DNA from: Antechinus flavipes
Taxonomy: Eukaryota
DNA: 64,000 nucleotides
Reading direction: 5' to 3'
Assembly (NCBI RefSeq): GCF_016432865.1
Contig: NC_067402.1
Coordinates: forward strand, 10,540,001-10,604,000
Within the stretch, counting starts at the first letter, position 1. The number at the start of each line of letters is the position of its first letter. Under the pieces are notes generated by a model. It did not search any database and was not told the DNA's origin. It saw only the letters and a program-made list of their open reading frames with translations. Below are positions 1-12,500 of the stretch, piece after piece. The position numbers and the translations under genes are program-made.

Positions 1-59
1 AATATCTTAATCAATATACTTAACAACAGAACTTGAAGCAGCAGAGTATGAAGGAAGAG

Positions 60-282
60 TTGTTGTTGACTCTTTCTTGTCCCATTTGGGGTTTTCTTGG
101 CAGAGATGTTAGCGTGATTTGCCATTTCCTCCTGAAGCTCATTTTATAGATGAGGAAACTGAGGCAAATTGGGTTAAATAATTTGCTCTAGTTGCACAAC
201 TATTTGGTCTATCTGAGTCAAATTTGAGGAGTCTTCCTGATTCCAAACCTGGTACTCTTTACTTTGCCACCTAACAGCCCTT
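60..282 (-). mobile_element. Mar1-type CORE-SINE
   Basis: CORE motif 'ttttatagatgaggaaactgaggca' joined to the RTE-like tail 'cccatttggggttttcttggcagagat...tttgccatttcctcc'. Confidence 0.75.
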
Positions 283-333
283 TGAACCAGAGGACCTGGG
301 TTCAAATCTCAACTTTGTCATTTACTCTGTTTA

Positions 334-335
<2 letters not shown>

Positions 336-385
<50 letters not shown>
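336..385. repeat. (TG)n microsatellite
   Basis: Uninterrupted TG run read directly. Confidence 0.97.
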
Positions 386-386
<1 letters not shown>

Positions 387-1449
387 TAGACAGACAGACA
401 GTGAGAGACAGAGTGAGATAGCTTAAGCAAATCAATTGCAACTTCTTTGAAACTGAACTTCCAGATGTGTGAAAGCAAGAGCTTGGACTGGATAACTTTG
501 GAAAATCTTTCAGTTCTCAATCTTTGATCCTTGAAGGGAGCCTTGAAGGCTCCTAGGAGAAGCCAATTCTTTATTCATGCTTTCATTCATTTGAAACTCT
601 TCTGACATCAAACTATTATAATATTTACAAAAAGTATTTTTTATATATGGCTCTGATTCAGAATGGAGAATGTTGAAATATTTGGAGGAAAAGAAAAACT
701 TTACCTATAAGATTTCTACATTAAAAATTGATAAGCAAAGATAACTATGATGGATTTTGGGGAAAGTTAATATTATTATACTATATATAATGTGTGTATA
801 TGTGAGTATACACAAGTGTAAATATATATATGTATATACACACACACATAAGTGTGTGTGTGTGTGCATGTGTATAAGTATGGATATACATATGTATATG
901 TCATAGCTGAATTATTGAGATTCAACTCTCTCTAACATATAGCCTGAGACCTTCCAGGGTTAAAATTGAACATAGTAGAAGTCCATAACTATCCTCCTGT
1001 GAACAAAAGCAAGATTCAATTTTGAAACTTATTAAGCTACATGGTTAAAAATAGTTAATTTAATGACTATTTAAAAATCCTTGCCATGGGCAATGTTTTG
1101 ACATCCTGGTGTTGGAGATATTCTGGTTCTACCCTCCAGGCCTTAAGACTTTCTCACCCTGTCATATCATATCAGCTATACTGATTTAAAGTGATAGAGA
1201 CCTTCCTTGATGTTCCTGCCAAATCATAGAACAAGAGATTATGATTCATAAGTATGGCCTTTCGTATGTATTTTCAGTGTCTAAAACAGTGCCTAGTACA
1301 ATAGCCTCTGGACATTTTTACAAAAATAAATACAATTACATATTTTCCCAAGTCAACAAAACTTCAAAGCCTTGTCTACACTCACGAAATAAAGCATAAT
1401 AGAAACCAAGCGTAGTCTTTATTATAGCAATGTCTACATAACTATTTAC

Positions 1450-1625
1450 TTTTTTCTTCTCTTCCCCTCTTCTTCATCCTCTTGCCTTTCTTTGCCTTCC
1501 TTCTCTGTCCTTTTCTCCTCTCTCCTTTTCTAATTTTCCCTTCTTTTCCTTTTTATTTTTCCCTCTCCCTTACCTCATGTCTTCTTCTTTTTCCTCCCAT
1601 TCCTTTCTCTCTCCTCCTTTCCTCT
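1450..1625. repeat. Polypyrimidine low-complexity tract
   Basis: Almost purely C/T; source of spurious ORF 1482..1673. Confidence 0.9.
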
Positions 1626-2729
1626 GATAGTTCCTATTTAAAGGAACTACTGCAATCCAAATCACCAGACTAGTCAGTTGTCAATCATTATGCTCATTTA
1701 CTTCCCAGTTAGCTAGGCAGAACATACTAAGGAGTGATGAAGAAGGTTTTGAAGAAGAGTTTTGAAAATCCTTATCTTTTATAAGCCCAGCATAGTTATG
1801 ACTTCTCTAAGCAATCATCTTCCTTACATAAAGACCATTGATTAAGATATTGAGCAAATGACCCCGAGAGTGAGGCAAACAATACCAAATACAAGCCAGA
1901 GAAACCTTGGCTCAGATCCAGCTTGAGAGGAAAGTCTGTTGCTGGGTAAGTAAACTAGGTAGCACTTTAGGAAGAAGGAGATGCCTCATCTGGTAGTTCC
2001 TTATTGCAATAAAATCATATTTCTGCTCTCTCTTCCTATAAATAAATCTGGATCTCTGCATGGGGTGCTTTGTAGCTAATGAAGACAAAAGAATTGATAC
2101 TTGTTGGAAACAGGTATGTCTCTGAGGATCTGAAAAGTGCTACATTAGATCAACCATAGTTACTCCTCAATAGTCACTCTCTTATAGTGTTACTAAGAGA
2201 GCCAATAAGCAGTGTGGCAGAGGAAACAACTACCTTTCATCTTCCAGTTCTTGTGTTCTATAGATCTCCTCCATCCCATTACCCTTAATCAACTACCCTC
2301 AACCCTCAATTATATTTACTGTGTACTTCTACAGCACAGTGCTTGGTCATAGTAAGCACATTATAAATGTGTTGATTGGTACATCAAATAATCAAAAAAA
2401 AAAGTATTTTAAAGAACTTTACAAAATTCATTTTAACACAAAAATGCAAATCATAAAATTGCCATTCATAGAAATTATTGACCACCATATTGGGCATGAT
2501 AGAATAATTTATAAATAAAAGTGGCCAAGTCAACATATTTCTTTCTGAGGGAAAAGTAACGTGATTTTAATGAAAGGAAAAACTTGGCATCGATATGTAA
2601 TCATGGGTTCAGATTCCAGTTCTACCCCTTACTACTTGGGTGACTTTATGCAAATCATTTAGCTTGTCTGACCCTCATCCATAAGTATTTATTTTCTCAT
2701 CTACAAATTATGGGTCTTGAATTAAATCA

Positions 2730-2935
2730 TGGATTCTTCACATTTTTTATGACATGGTCTCTATGGTGCCCTGGTGTTATTTATGGCCCACTTCTCAGAA
2801 TTATGTTTTTAAACCTATAAAATAAAATAAATTACAGAGGAAACCAATGGTTAGTGAAAATAAGTATTTTTTCTAATACAAACACATGGACACCTTAAAA
2901 TCTATTTGTAGTCCTGGACCCAGTCAAGAACTGTT
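2730..2935 (+). mobile_element. hAT-Charlie (MER5-like) non-autonomous DNA transposon, internally deleted
   Basis: 'cttctcagaattatgtttttaaacctataaaataaaat...ggaaaccaat...ggttagtgaaaataag...ggacccagtcaagaact' matches the remembered Charlie MITE consensus. Confidence 0.7.
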
Positions 2936-3499
2936 GGAATAGATAATCTTTTAAGCCCTTTTCTAGCTCTAAAGATAGAATCATGTAACTGTAATGTTTG
3001 TTTACCTGATCAATTTAACAGAAATTATGTGATATGATTTAGGAGTAAGAATAGCTCAATTCAATTATTATCCCTTTCACCAACATTCTGTATGATCTTC
3101 AGGAGGTTTCCTCACCAACTAAGCTTCAACTTGCCTTTTTCCCCACATCAATAAAACAAGGATTTGCCTTACTCACCTATTGTATCTGTGCGTCTCAGGA
3201 AGGTACCAATGGAGATGGGAAAATACTGAACTTTGATGAAATTAAAAAATAAAAAAAAACTTGGGTTCAAATTCAGACTTTGCTACTTGAAATTTATATA
3301 AAAATGGTCAAACTGCTTTCCTATTCTGTATTTTACCTTCTTCATCTTTAAAACAAAGGAATTAGACCACATTATTGCTAAGTTCCCTTCTAGCTCTGAA
3401 TCTTATGAAATAGTATGGAAATACCATGACAAATCTAAGATTCTATCCAGATACAAAGGATTAGTGCAAATGTCAGCAGCACAGGGGTGGAGAGGGTGA

Positions 3500-4620
3500 A
3501 TGAATATTTAAGTGAGTGAACAAATGAATGAATGAAAGGTTTGTTCAATGCTTACTATGTACAAAGCACTATGAAGTTTTCTAGTTAGATCATAGCTGCA
3601 CTCACGGAAACTCACCTTCTAATGGGAGAGACTACACAAAGGGAAGGTTTCACTTGCAAGTTAGATGGAGAAGACCTGTAGAAATGCTTTTTTATAGAAC
3701 ATGTCCACTAATATAATTTTATTTGTTCCTAATGTTGAACCATTTGATGGTACCTTGAATCCTTTTCTTTTCTGGGTCTTCAGAAGATGTGGCTATAATA
3801 CCTGTAGAAGAGGCCACCAAGTTGATCTCTCACAGAATGTTGGAATTGGACACTACAGAAGAAACACTGCTATCCCCAGGGCCTCTGGGTTTAAAGTTGT
3901 CTCTCTCAGGGTCTGATAGGAAGGATATGGTAGTCAAGGTGATGGTGGTGATGCACATGCCCCCTTTTGCCTGCCCCTGATAAGACCTTGCTATTTTAGT
4001 TAGTCTGACTTGCCTATGCAGTAAGTGGCAATCTGTTGGCAGTTAGTAGGGATGACTGGCCTCTTCTGAATAATAGCTGCCTCCCTAACTGACAGCTCAG
4101 AGGGTTGGACTGGCAGCAGAATCAGAAATCTTGGGCAGAAGTAGGGGGCACTGCTATTCTCAGGTCTCCCTATTCACAATAATACCTAAATGATAACTAT
4201 GGAGGTTAACTTGGGAGCAAGTCTGGTGATTAGGGTGACAATGCTATTCCCAAAGCTTCTTGATTCAGGGCCTTTAATTATCTTCATCGAGACCTAAGGA
4301 AAGCTGGTGATCAAGGCAGTAGTGGTGGTTTTAACTTCCTGTTGCACAATAACTCCTGTCTCTTCCTTCCTGTGTCCTACTGCTTCCACTGATGTAGTTT
4401 GCCAGCCCTATGAGGGCTGGTTGTTTGGCAGTAGAAGAGAATCATTAGTACCTTCTCTATAGGAGCTACCCCCCTCCCCAGATGCTTACTATGAAGGCCA
4501 GGATGGAAGGCCTAGCAGTCTGGGTAGTACTCTTATGCTCAGTATTGTTATGGAAGTTGGTCACCTGTCAGTTGTCATGCTAATGAAGGTAGATACATCT
4601 ACCCTCAGTGACAATGTGAC
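3500..4620 (-). pseudogene. YBX3: Decayed YBX3-like mRNA fragment (N-terminal domain plus start of cold-shock domain) fused to an L2 3' tail
   Basis: Minus strand 3784-3722 translates SEDPEKKRIQGTIKWFNIRNK versus YBX3 [25 protein letters not shown]. Upstream, CITTITLTT resembles the YBX3 ATTTTTTT tract. The frame has stops. L2 tail at ~3510-3640 is in the same orientation. Confidence 0.7.
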
Positions 4621-5599
4621 ACTTGGGTCCAGATCTGACACAAATCTGTCTAACTTTGAACAAATCATTTTGATTACTGAACACCATTTGAAAATATTAT
4701 AGATTTAGATCTGAAAAGGACTTCAGAAGTCACCCAGCCCACGATTAAGTGATTAATAAGTGTCAGAATCTTTGGCTCTGACTTCAATGCTCTTTCTAAA
4801 CCAACAAGACAACAAACATTTGTTAATAATTGCTATATGCTAGCTGCACTGTGAAATACTGAGGCTACAAGGAAAAGCTAAAACATTTCCTGCCCTCAAA
4901 GAGCTCACATTCTAGTGGATATCATTCCAATGAGTATCAAAAACTGCTATGACATCCAAAGAATATATTGTGGAGGCAATGCTTTGAAAACTTTTTACCA
5001 AATATGAATTCCAGTTATCATTCTCGATGTCCACTAATACTCTGTGTATCATTTGTATTCAAGCCAAGGAAATAAGTCTGTCATCTTTCTCATAATTGGG
5101 TGTATCCTGCTACAAGGCATCAGAAATGTTCATATCTACATGGAGGGATGAATTTTTCCCCTCCCCAAACTAGTCTGTTCGGGGTAGCCAAATTCTCTTC
5201 ACACATGGTACTAACTATTCACTCTACACTATGACTACTCATTCCCTACTTGGGGACCAAAGAAAGTATTACTAAGTCTACTCCATTATTTTCATGATGA
5301 CCTGGCTTTGGAGTACAACATCCCTCTGGACATCTCATTGGGATTCTCCCACTGAGAAAAGATTTCTTTTAGGGAACTCGGCTTTGCTTTTGGACTTTGA
5401 CACATGTGCAATATTCCTATGAAAGCAATGGAAAGCCAAGATATCTTGTCTCAAGGGCAGGATTTGGCTGAAAGACTGATCAGCTTTTAGAAATGTCAGT
5501 ATTACTTGAAGAATTTGAACTCCTCATATAGTCAAGCACACATTTTTAATACATAGACCCATTTTTTATTATTTATTTGTTTGTTTGTTTATTTGTTTT

Positions 5600-5736
5600 G
5601 CTGAGGCAATTGGGGTTAAGTAACTTGCCCAGGATCACACAGCTAGGAAGTGTTAAGTGTCTGAGAAGAGATTTGAACTTAGATCCTCCTGACTTCAGAG
5701 CTGGGTTCTCTAATCACTGCACTACCTAGCTGCCCC
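5600..5736 (-). mobile_element. WSINE1-type SINE
   Basis: 'ctgaggcaattggggttaagtaacttgcccaggatcacacagctaggaagtgttaagtgtctgag...ctagctgcccc' preceded by a (TTTG)n tail. Confidence 0.88.
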
Positions 5737-5889
5737 TAGATTCAGTTCTTACAGATATCTTGCTTTCTATAACAATAGACATGAAACACTCAGGATTCCA
5801 CAAAAATCCCTTCAAACTCTGAGACTAAATAGGAATCTGCATGTTCTGCTGAGTTTAGCACTTATTATAATTTTTAAAAAGCCCTGAGT

Positions 5890-6350
5890 CTGGTGTCTAG
5901 GATCCAGAGGAAAGCAACCAGTATGCTAAAGGTCCTTGAATTCAAACTATATAAGGATGGATTGAGGGAACTATTTAATCTGGACAGGAGAAGACAAGAA
6001 CAGAAAGGCAGATAGTAGCTATCTTTGAGGATCTGAAGGGCAGAAGAAGAGCAAGTGGACTTACTGTGGTTCCATGATGGGTCAGGAGTGGGAAGAGAGG
6101 AAAGGAATAATGGAGCAAGGTTGCCAAGAGAAAAATGTAAGTTTCACAAGTGGAATAGCTTTTTAAACATTAATTAAATTCTACTGTTAGATGGGCTGCC
6201 ATGAAAGGCAATGATTTCTCCTTTCTTTGAGGTTTTGAAGAATGAATACAATGTCTACCTGCTGGGGATCATACAGGCACCTACACTATATTATAAAGGG
6301 CACTTTGATATGTCCATTCTAACTCTAAAATTCTCCATTCTATGACTCTG
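5890..6350 (+). mobile_element. L3/CR1 LINE 3' fragment
   Basis: 'ccagaggaaagcaaccagtatgctaaaggtccttgaa...gctatctttgaggatctgaaggg...tttgaggttttgaag...ttctaactctaaaattct' fits the L3 3' end. Confidence 0.7.
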
Positions 6351-6947
6351 TCTCCGTCATTCTCTCTATGGCACCCACCTAATACATACATCTCAGGAGC
6401 TATAGATATCATCTATCAATAACCTGTCAGGTTGTAGATTTTGGTTTTCTATATCAATACTTCAGGATCAGATTTTATCTGCCCAAAGGAGGAAATCATC
6501 CCTAGAACCAACTTTCATCACAGAAGAGTCCATTCACAATCATACCCTCAGGCTTTTTTTTTTTTTTTTTACTTCAGCTGAAGCATAATAAATTCTGTTC
6601 CAACCTTTTACCTTTATTCTCTGTGTATCTTCTTTTTGTAGAATGAACTTTCAAATATACATTGTAGAATTCTATATGAGCTAGAGATCATCAGCAAAGG
6701 ATTCAGCTGTGTATGTCCCACAGGTAGCAGAGTGGTTAGATGTGGAATCATAACTTGAACACTTTAAAGAGCTGTGAAAGCTATATGTACAAAATGAAAA
6801 AAAAAAAAAAAGGCTTCCATATAACTGGATAAAAGTCCCTTAAGAAACAGGCGAGGTAATGTAGCCAGATGTGGTAGGCTGCCCCACACCTAGATGATCT
6901 CTTGACTTTTTCCCCTACCTATGAACCCCATGCCCATCCCAAGATAA

Positions 6948-7003
<56 letters not shown>

Positions 7004-7004
7004 A
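6948..7004. repeat. (CA)n(CG)7 alternating purine-pyrimidine tract
   Basis: CA run 6951-6986 directly followed by (CG)7 at 6987-7000. Confidence 0.97.
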
Positions 7005-7330
7005 GCTGGTTACTTAGGAGTAATTCAGTAATATTGAATGCCCAGCCATGGCTGGCACACACTCTGAGATCATGAAATCATTTTTGGTAACCAAATAAAT
7101 TAACTTTTAAAATGATTTCTTGGAATTGGCCCAAGCATTAGCTCATCAGTATTTAACACCTCTGCCCTAGAATGAAGGAGAGGGGAAAAAAAATGAACTC
7201 AAAAGGAAAAAGGTTCAGGATGGCTGAGTGGAAAAAAAGGGAAAACAAGGGCTTCATAGTGGCCTGGCAGACTCTAAGATCCCTCCTGTCATGTTTGGGC
7301 TGAATGATGGGGTATGTACAGGGTGCAGCT

Positions 7331-7372
7331 CTGACACCAGGTGGCTTTAGCCCATGATTGCTAGCCACGTGA
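7331..7372 (+). promoter_or_regulatory. Candidate CTCF motif plus E-box
   Basis: CTGACACCAGGTGGCTTTA at 7331-7349 contains the CTCF core CACCAGGTGGC; CACGTG lies ~20 bp downstream. Confidence 0.35.
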
Positions 7373-9149
7373 CTCTCGATTTGGGGAGGAAAAATAAGAA
7401 AAGGGAGAGGAAGTCCAGGCAAGAACACCCATAATTGCCTCTTAAAGGGGAAAAAAGAACAAATTGGAAAAAAGTTCACATGAAGTGTTCTGGGCTGTCC
7501 TTGTTCACCTTCATATTTTGAACTGGGAAGTACAAAGTGCCTTTCTGTCAGGATTGCAGAGCCCCTTAGAAAACAGAGGGGCTTGTGTCTGAGCTATTGG
7601 ACTTTTCTCCCTCTGACTATGTTACTACATTACTCTGATCATAGGAAGGAAGAGAAACTGTTGGCCCAGACCCAGCTAGGGATTTGAGTCCCAGTGCACT
7701 TGTAGGATTTCCTCTGTTCCTATTATTAGGGATCAAGAAAAATGTTATTGTTGTTGTTGTTTTTTTTTTTTTTTCTTTTTCATTGGAGGAGCTAATAAGA
7801 AGCAATAATGGTTAACAAATTGACGCTATTCTATGGTAGCCATCATTTTTACCCATTTAAATGTGGAAAGGTTCTCAGAAAGATTTCCTCTTATGCTTTT
7901 CATAGGATCCTAGATCTAGAGCTGGAAGAGACTTTAGAGACTTTAAGCCAATCATTTTACAGAAGAGTAAATTAAGAATGAATGACTTCTTCAAGATTAC
8001 TGTTAATGTCAGAGGGAAGAGTTTAAGCTAGGTTCTCTGACTTCAAGACAAATATCGTCTTTCCCTAAATCATTCTGCTTCCCTTTAGAACTAGTCCCTC
8101 CCAGGCCTCATCAGTAGCCCACTGGGCCTCCTCAAGATGTTGACCACTTTTTGAAATATGTAAATCAGCACCTTGTATTATCTAAATTTTATATCATATA
8201 ATATGCATACATACACACATACATATATAAATACTCAAATATATGTACACACATGAATCTCTCTACAATATGAAAATCATCAATTCCCTTCTAACTTGCA
8301 ATCCTAGAAACTTGCCTGAGGGTACTGAGAAGTTAATTGATTTGTTCATTAACATACACCCCAGTAAGACATGAACCCCCAAATTCCTCACACCTTGTTC
8401 TTAGTGGAGTTATAAATAGCCCAGAACCAAAGAGAATTGACCCAGGGTACTGTTGGCTTCTTTACTTGATGGGCCCACACATATGCTCCTTCTTCATGGT
8501 GATTAATATTCATACACCCCATTTCTCAGCCCTTTGGCAGTTTATATAGCTGTCCCCTGAAACTTGGTGGGGAACAAACTATCTTTACCTGTTGGCTTCA
8601 TCAATGATAATACAATGATCCTCTGGCTTCTTATCCTTTCCTTTCTCAACTGTCAGTTGTGAACTCCTTCCCTCAGTTGAATTTATCTCATGCAAAATTA
8701 TGACTACTTCTCAAGCATAGCAATTGCATGATTATCATTCAAGGTTATGATGGGGAAAAGGAAAACTATTTGTCTTAAGTAAGTCCTACATGTATAAAGA
8801 GTGGTAATGTCTTCCTTGTTTGTAAAGGACCCTAGACATAATGAGGCTGTGGTACTCAGGTAACCATAACCCATCTTAGCTATCATCTTATATTTGAAGA
8901 AGTTAAACATTGGTTTCTTGGTGTCATGGTTTGTCACTGACCCCATCAGCCAGTATTTATTAAGTTTTTTTCACTTCTATCTCTTCTTACTCTCTCACCC
9001 TGTATACTCTATCTTAAATCTACTTGGTTTTGCCCATTTTTACTCGCATGTTCTCCCTCCATTTCTTTGAAAATGGCACTTTAACTAAATGTCATCTTCA
9101 ACTGAAGCCTTTGCTGTTCTCTTTCAGCTGTTCATGCCTTCCCTCTCAA

Positions 9150-9500
9150 TATCATATATAGTGTGTACTTGTGCATGAATGTTGCCTTAGAAAAAGGAAA
9201 CTTTGATTTCATAATCGTTACAGAAATTCAAGTCATTTGGAGATGTGTTCACCACTTTATCAAAGCACATATATTCATTCAGTTAGTCATTGACAAAGTA
9301 TCTTCAAGAAAATGTAAGCTTCTTGAGGGCAAGGACTGTATCTTTCTGTGTCTTTTATCCCCAGTACCTGATATATTGTAGTCATTTACTTGTTAATTGA
9401 TTCATTAGTGTTTACTCTTGACCAGATGCTAAGGATACAAAGTCAAAAATGAAACAGTCCCCACCTTTAAATAGCTCACATTTTATTTAGGGAAATCTCT
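9150..9500. mobile_element. L2 3' fragments, two in opposite orientations
   Basis: 'gtaagcttcttgagggcaaggactgtatc...ttatccccagtacc' followed by the antisense 'atgctaaggatacaaag...cagtccccacc...agctcacatttt'. Confidence 0.65.
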
Positions 9501-12500
9501 CAAAGGGGAGACTAATTGAATGAACATGTGCTTTGATAAGACAGCAAATTCATTGAATTATTGGAGTATTAAAGCATCTTTGTCTAAGAAAATCAGCAGA
9601 CGACTATAGAGCCTCATCTTGTTCTGACACTAATTAACTGCATCTACTTCTCCAAGGGAACGAGAGCCATAGTTTCAATTACTTATAGAACAAATCAAGT
9701 TAAGAAAAGAATATAGGCAGTTGGTGGGGAACTGCATGGTTTACTTAATGACCTCCGAACCCAGGACTTCCTGACATGTAGGCTCAACTCTTGAACATCA
9801 CTATCCTTCTAGTGATGGTACTGACTTTTTGTCTTGGAGTATGATCGTTTCCAAAATCTTAAAGTTGAAAGTAACTCAAAGGGTGACCTTTAAAAAAAAG
9901 TCTAGAGTGGATATGAGCATTACAAGAGAAGACTTAGACAAGACGGAGTTATGGAATATTATCAGAGGGATGTATGAATAATAGCACTTTAACATTTGCA
10001 AAAAAGTTTTCATTTTTATCTCATTTGATTTCTATAACAATCCTGGGAAGTAAGTGCTTTTATTATTCTCATTTTAAAGATCAGGAAGCTGCAACAGTCA
10101 AAATTTAAGTGATTTATTCAAAGACATAATTATTAAACTATGAAGAGGGTGGATCTGAGTTTATTTTTTCTTGACTACAGATCCAGACCTATCCACTGGG
10201 TGAACAAGCTGCCTATGAACAGAAAATAAGACAGGCCATCCATATGATCACAGCAAGAGATAACCTATGGAAAGATCATGTTATTCATTCATATATATCC
10301 ATTTTCAGAATGCCTGTGTTTTTCCCATGCATTTGCCTCAGGACTATCCCAGAAATCAGAGTTCAAAAAAGTTCAAACTTTGATTTCTAGATTTTTAAAA
10401 ATGCAATAATTAAAATGGAATGTTCAACTTTAGTGTGTTTTATAGCAGCAATTGGTATCCTGACTTATCCCCTTTCCCAAAATGCCTAGGAAGGTCACAA
10501 AAAGTCACTTAGTTTTACTCTTCCTCCTTTCCCATCTTCCCATTGATTGACTGCATCAAGACAAAGATGCTAAGGTGATTAATTATTTTTCTCCAGTTTT
10601 TTTTTAACATTTTTGTTTAAAGTTTTAAATTCCAAATTCTATCCTTTCCTCTCATCCTCCCAGAGGATTATATTCAATAAGATATAGGATTTATGTGCAA
10701 TTGTGTAAAACATTTCAATATTAATCATTTTGTATCAAAAACTCAAATAAAAGATAAATAAATGAAAGAAAGTGAAATATACCAGTTCTTTCTCTGGCAG
10801 ATAATATGCTAAATCATTATTCCTTTGGGATTGTCTTGGATCATTATATTGCTGAAAATAGCTGTCATTCATAGATCTTTATCAAAAAATATTGCGTTAT
10901 TATGTAGAATGTTCTCCTAGTCCTGTTCACTTCACTATAAATCACTTCATGTATTTTTTTTCCTTTTTATTTTTCTGAAAACATCATGCTTGTCATTTCT
11001 TATGATACATTAACATTCCATTATAATCATATACCAGAGTTTATTTAAGCATTTCCTAATTGACAGGGATCCCTTTGATTTCTAATTCTTAACCACCACA
11101 AAAAAAGAGCTGCTAGAAATATCTTTGCATAAATAGGATCTTTTCCTTTTTTTTTGGGGGGGGGGATATCTTTGGGTTATAGACTTAGCAGTAGTATTGC
11201 TGGATCAAAGCCCATATACAGTTTCATTCCTTTGAGTATCATTCCAAATTGCTCTCCAGAAAAGTTAGATCTGTTGACAACTCCACCAACAATGCATTAG
11301 TGTCTAGTTCTCTCCCATTCACTCCAGCATACAACATTTTCCTTTTTTATATATTAATCATTTTGAAAGATATAAGATAATACTCCAGAGTTGTTTTGAT
11401 TTGTATTTTTCTGATAAATAGGAATTTAAAATATTTTTATTTGACTATAGATAGCTTTGATTTCTTTGTCTTAAAACTTTGGTTAATATCATTTAACTAT
11501 TTATCAATTGGGGAATGACTTGCATTTTTATAAATTTGACTCAGTTGTCTATATATGTAAGAAATGAGTTCTTTATCAGAAATACTTCTTGTGTTTTCCC
11601 CCTGTTTTTTTTTTCTTTTAATTTCTTTATAATTTTGTTGCATTGGTTATGTTGGTGCAAAAACTTTTTAATTTTATGTTATCAAAATTATCTTTTTTAT
11701 ATTTTGTATTGCTCTTTATATCATCTGTGGTCCTAAATTCTTCCCTTATACATAAATCTGACAGATAAACTATTCCATACTCTTAATTTGCTTAGATAAA
11801 TCTGTTTTAACTTTATTTTGATCTGTGGCGTGAGATATTGGTCTATACCTAGTTTGCCCCATAATGTTTTCCAATTCCCAGCAGTTTTGTCAAATAATGA
11901 ACTTTTATTCCAAAAGCATGACTTTTTGGATTTATCATATACTACATTATTGTAGTCATTTACTATAATGTAATTTGTACCTGATTTATTCCACTGCTCT
12001 ACCACTCTATTTCTTAACCAGTGCCAAATTGTATTGATAATCACCACTTTATAATAAAATTTGAAATTTGATATGACTAGACCACATTCTTTTACATTTT
12101 TTCATTGATTCCCTTAATATCCTTGAACTTTTTTTTTTCCAGATAAGTTTTGCTATTTTTTCTAACTTTATAAGATATGTTTGATAGTTTGATTAATATA
12201 GCACTAAACAAATAGGCTAATTTAGGTAGAATTGCTATTTTGATTATATTGGCTTGGGTTATACAAGAGTAATTAACATTTTTCTAATTATTTAGATTTC
12301 ACATTATTTGCATAAAAAAGTGTTTTGTGGTTGTTTTTATATACTTCCTATATTTCTCTTGTCATATAGACTGCTAAATATTTTATATTGCTTAGAACAA
12401 TTTTAAATGGAATTTCTCTTTCTATTTCATATTGCAGAACTTTGTTAGTAACGTGGAAATGCTGAAGATTTAGATGGGTTTATTTTGTATTTTGCAACTT

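Noticed and set aside
3177-3230. Minus-strand segment with strong donor TAG|gtgagt
   Set aside because: The donor falls within MIR-derived sequence, and there is no independent support.
7042-7055. 14-bp perfect palindrome CCAGCCATGGCTGG
   Set aside because: A few 14-bp palindromes are expected by chance in a window this size.
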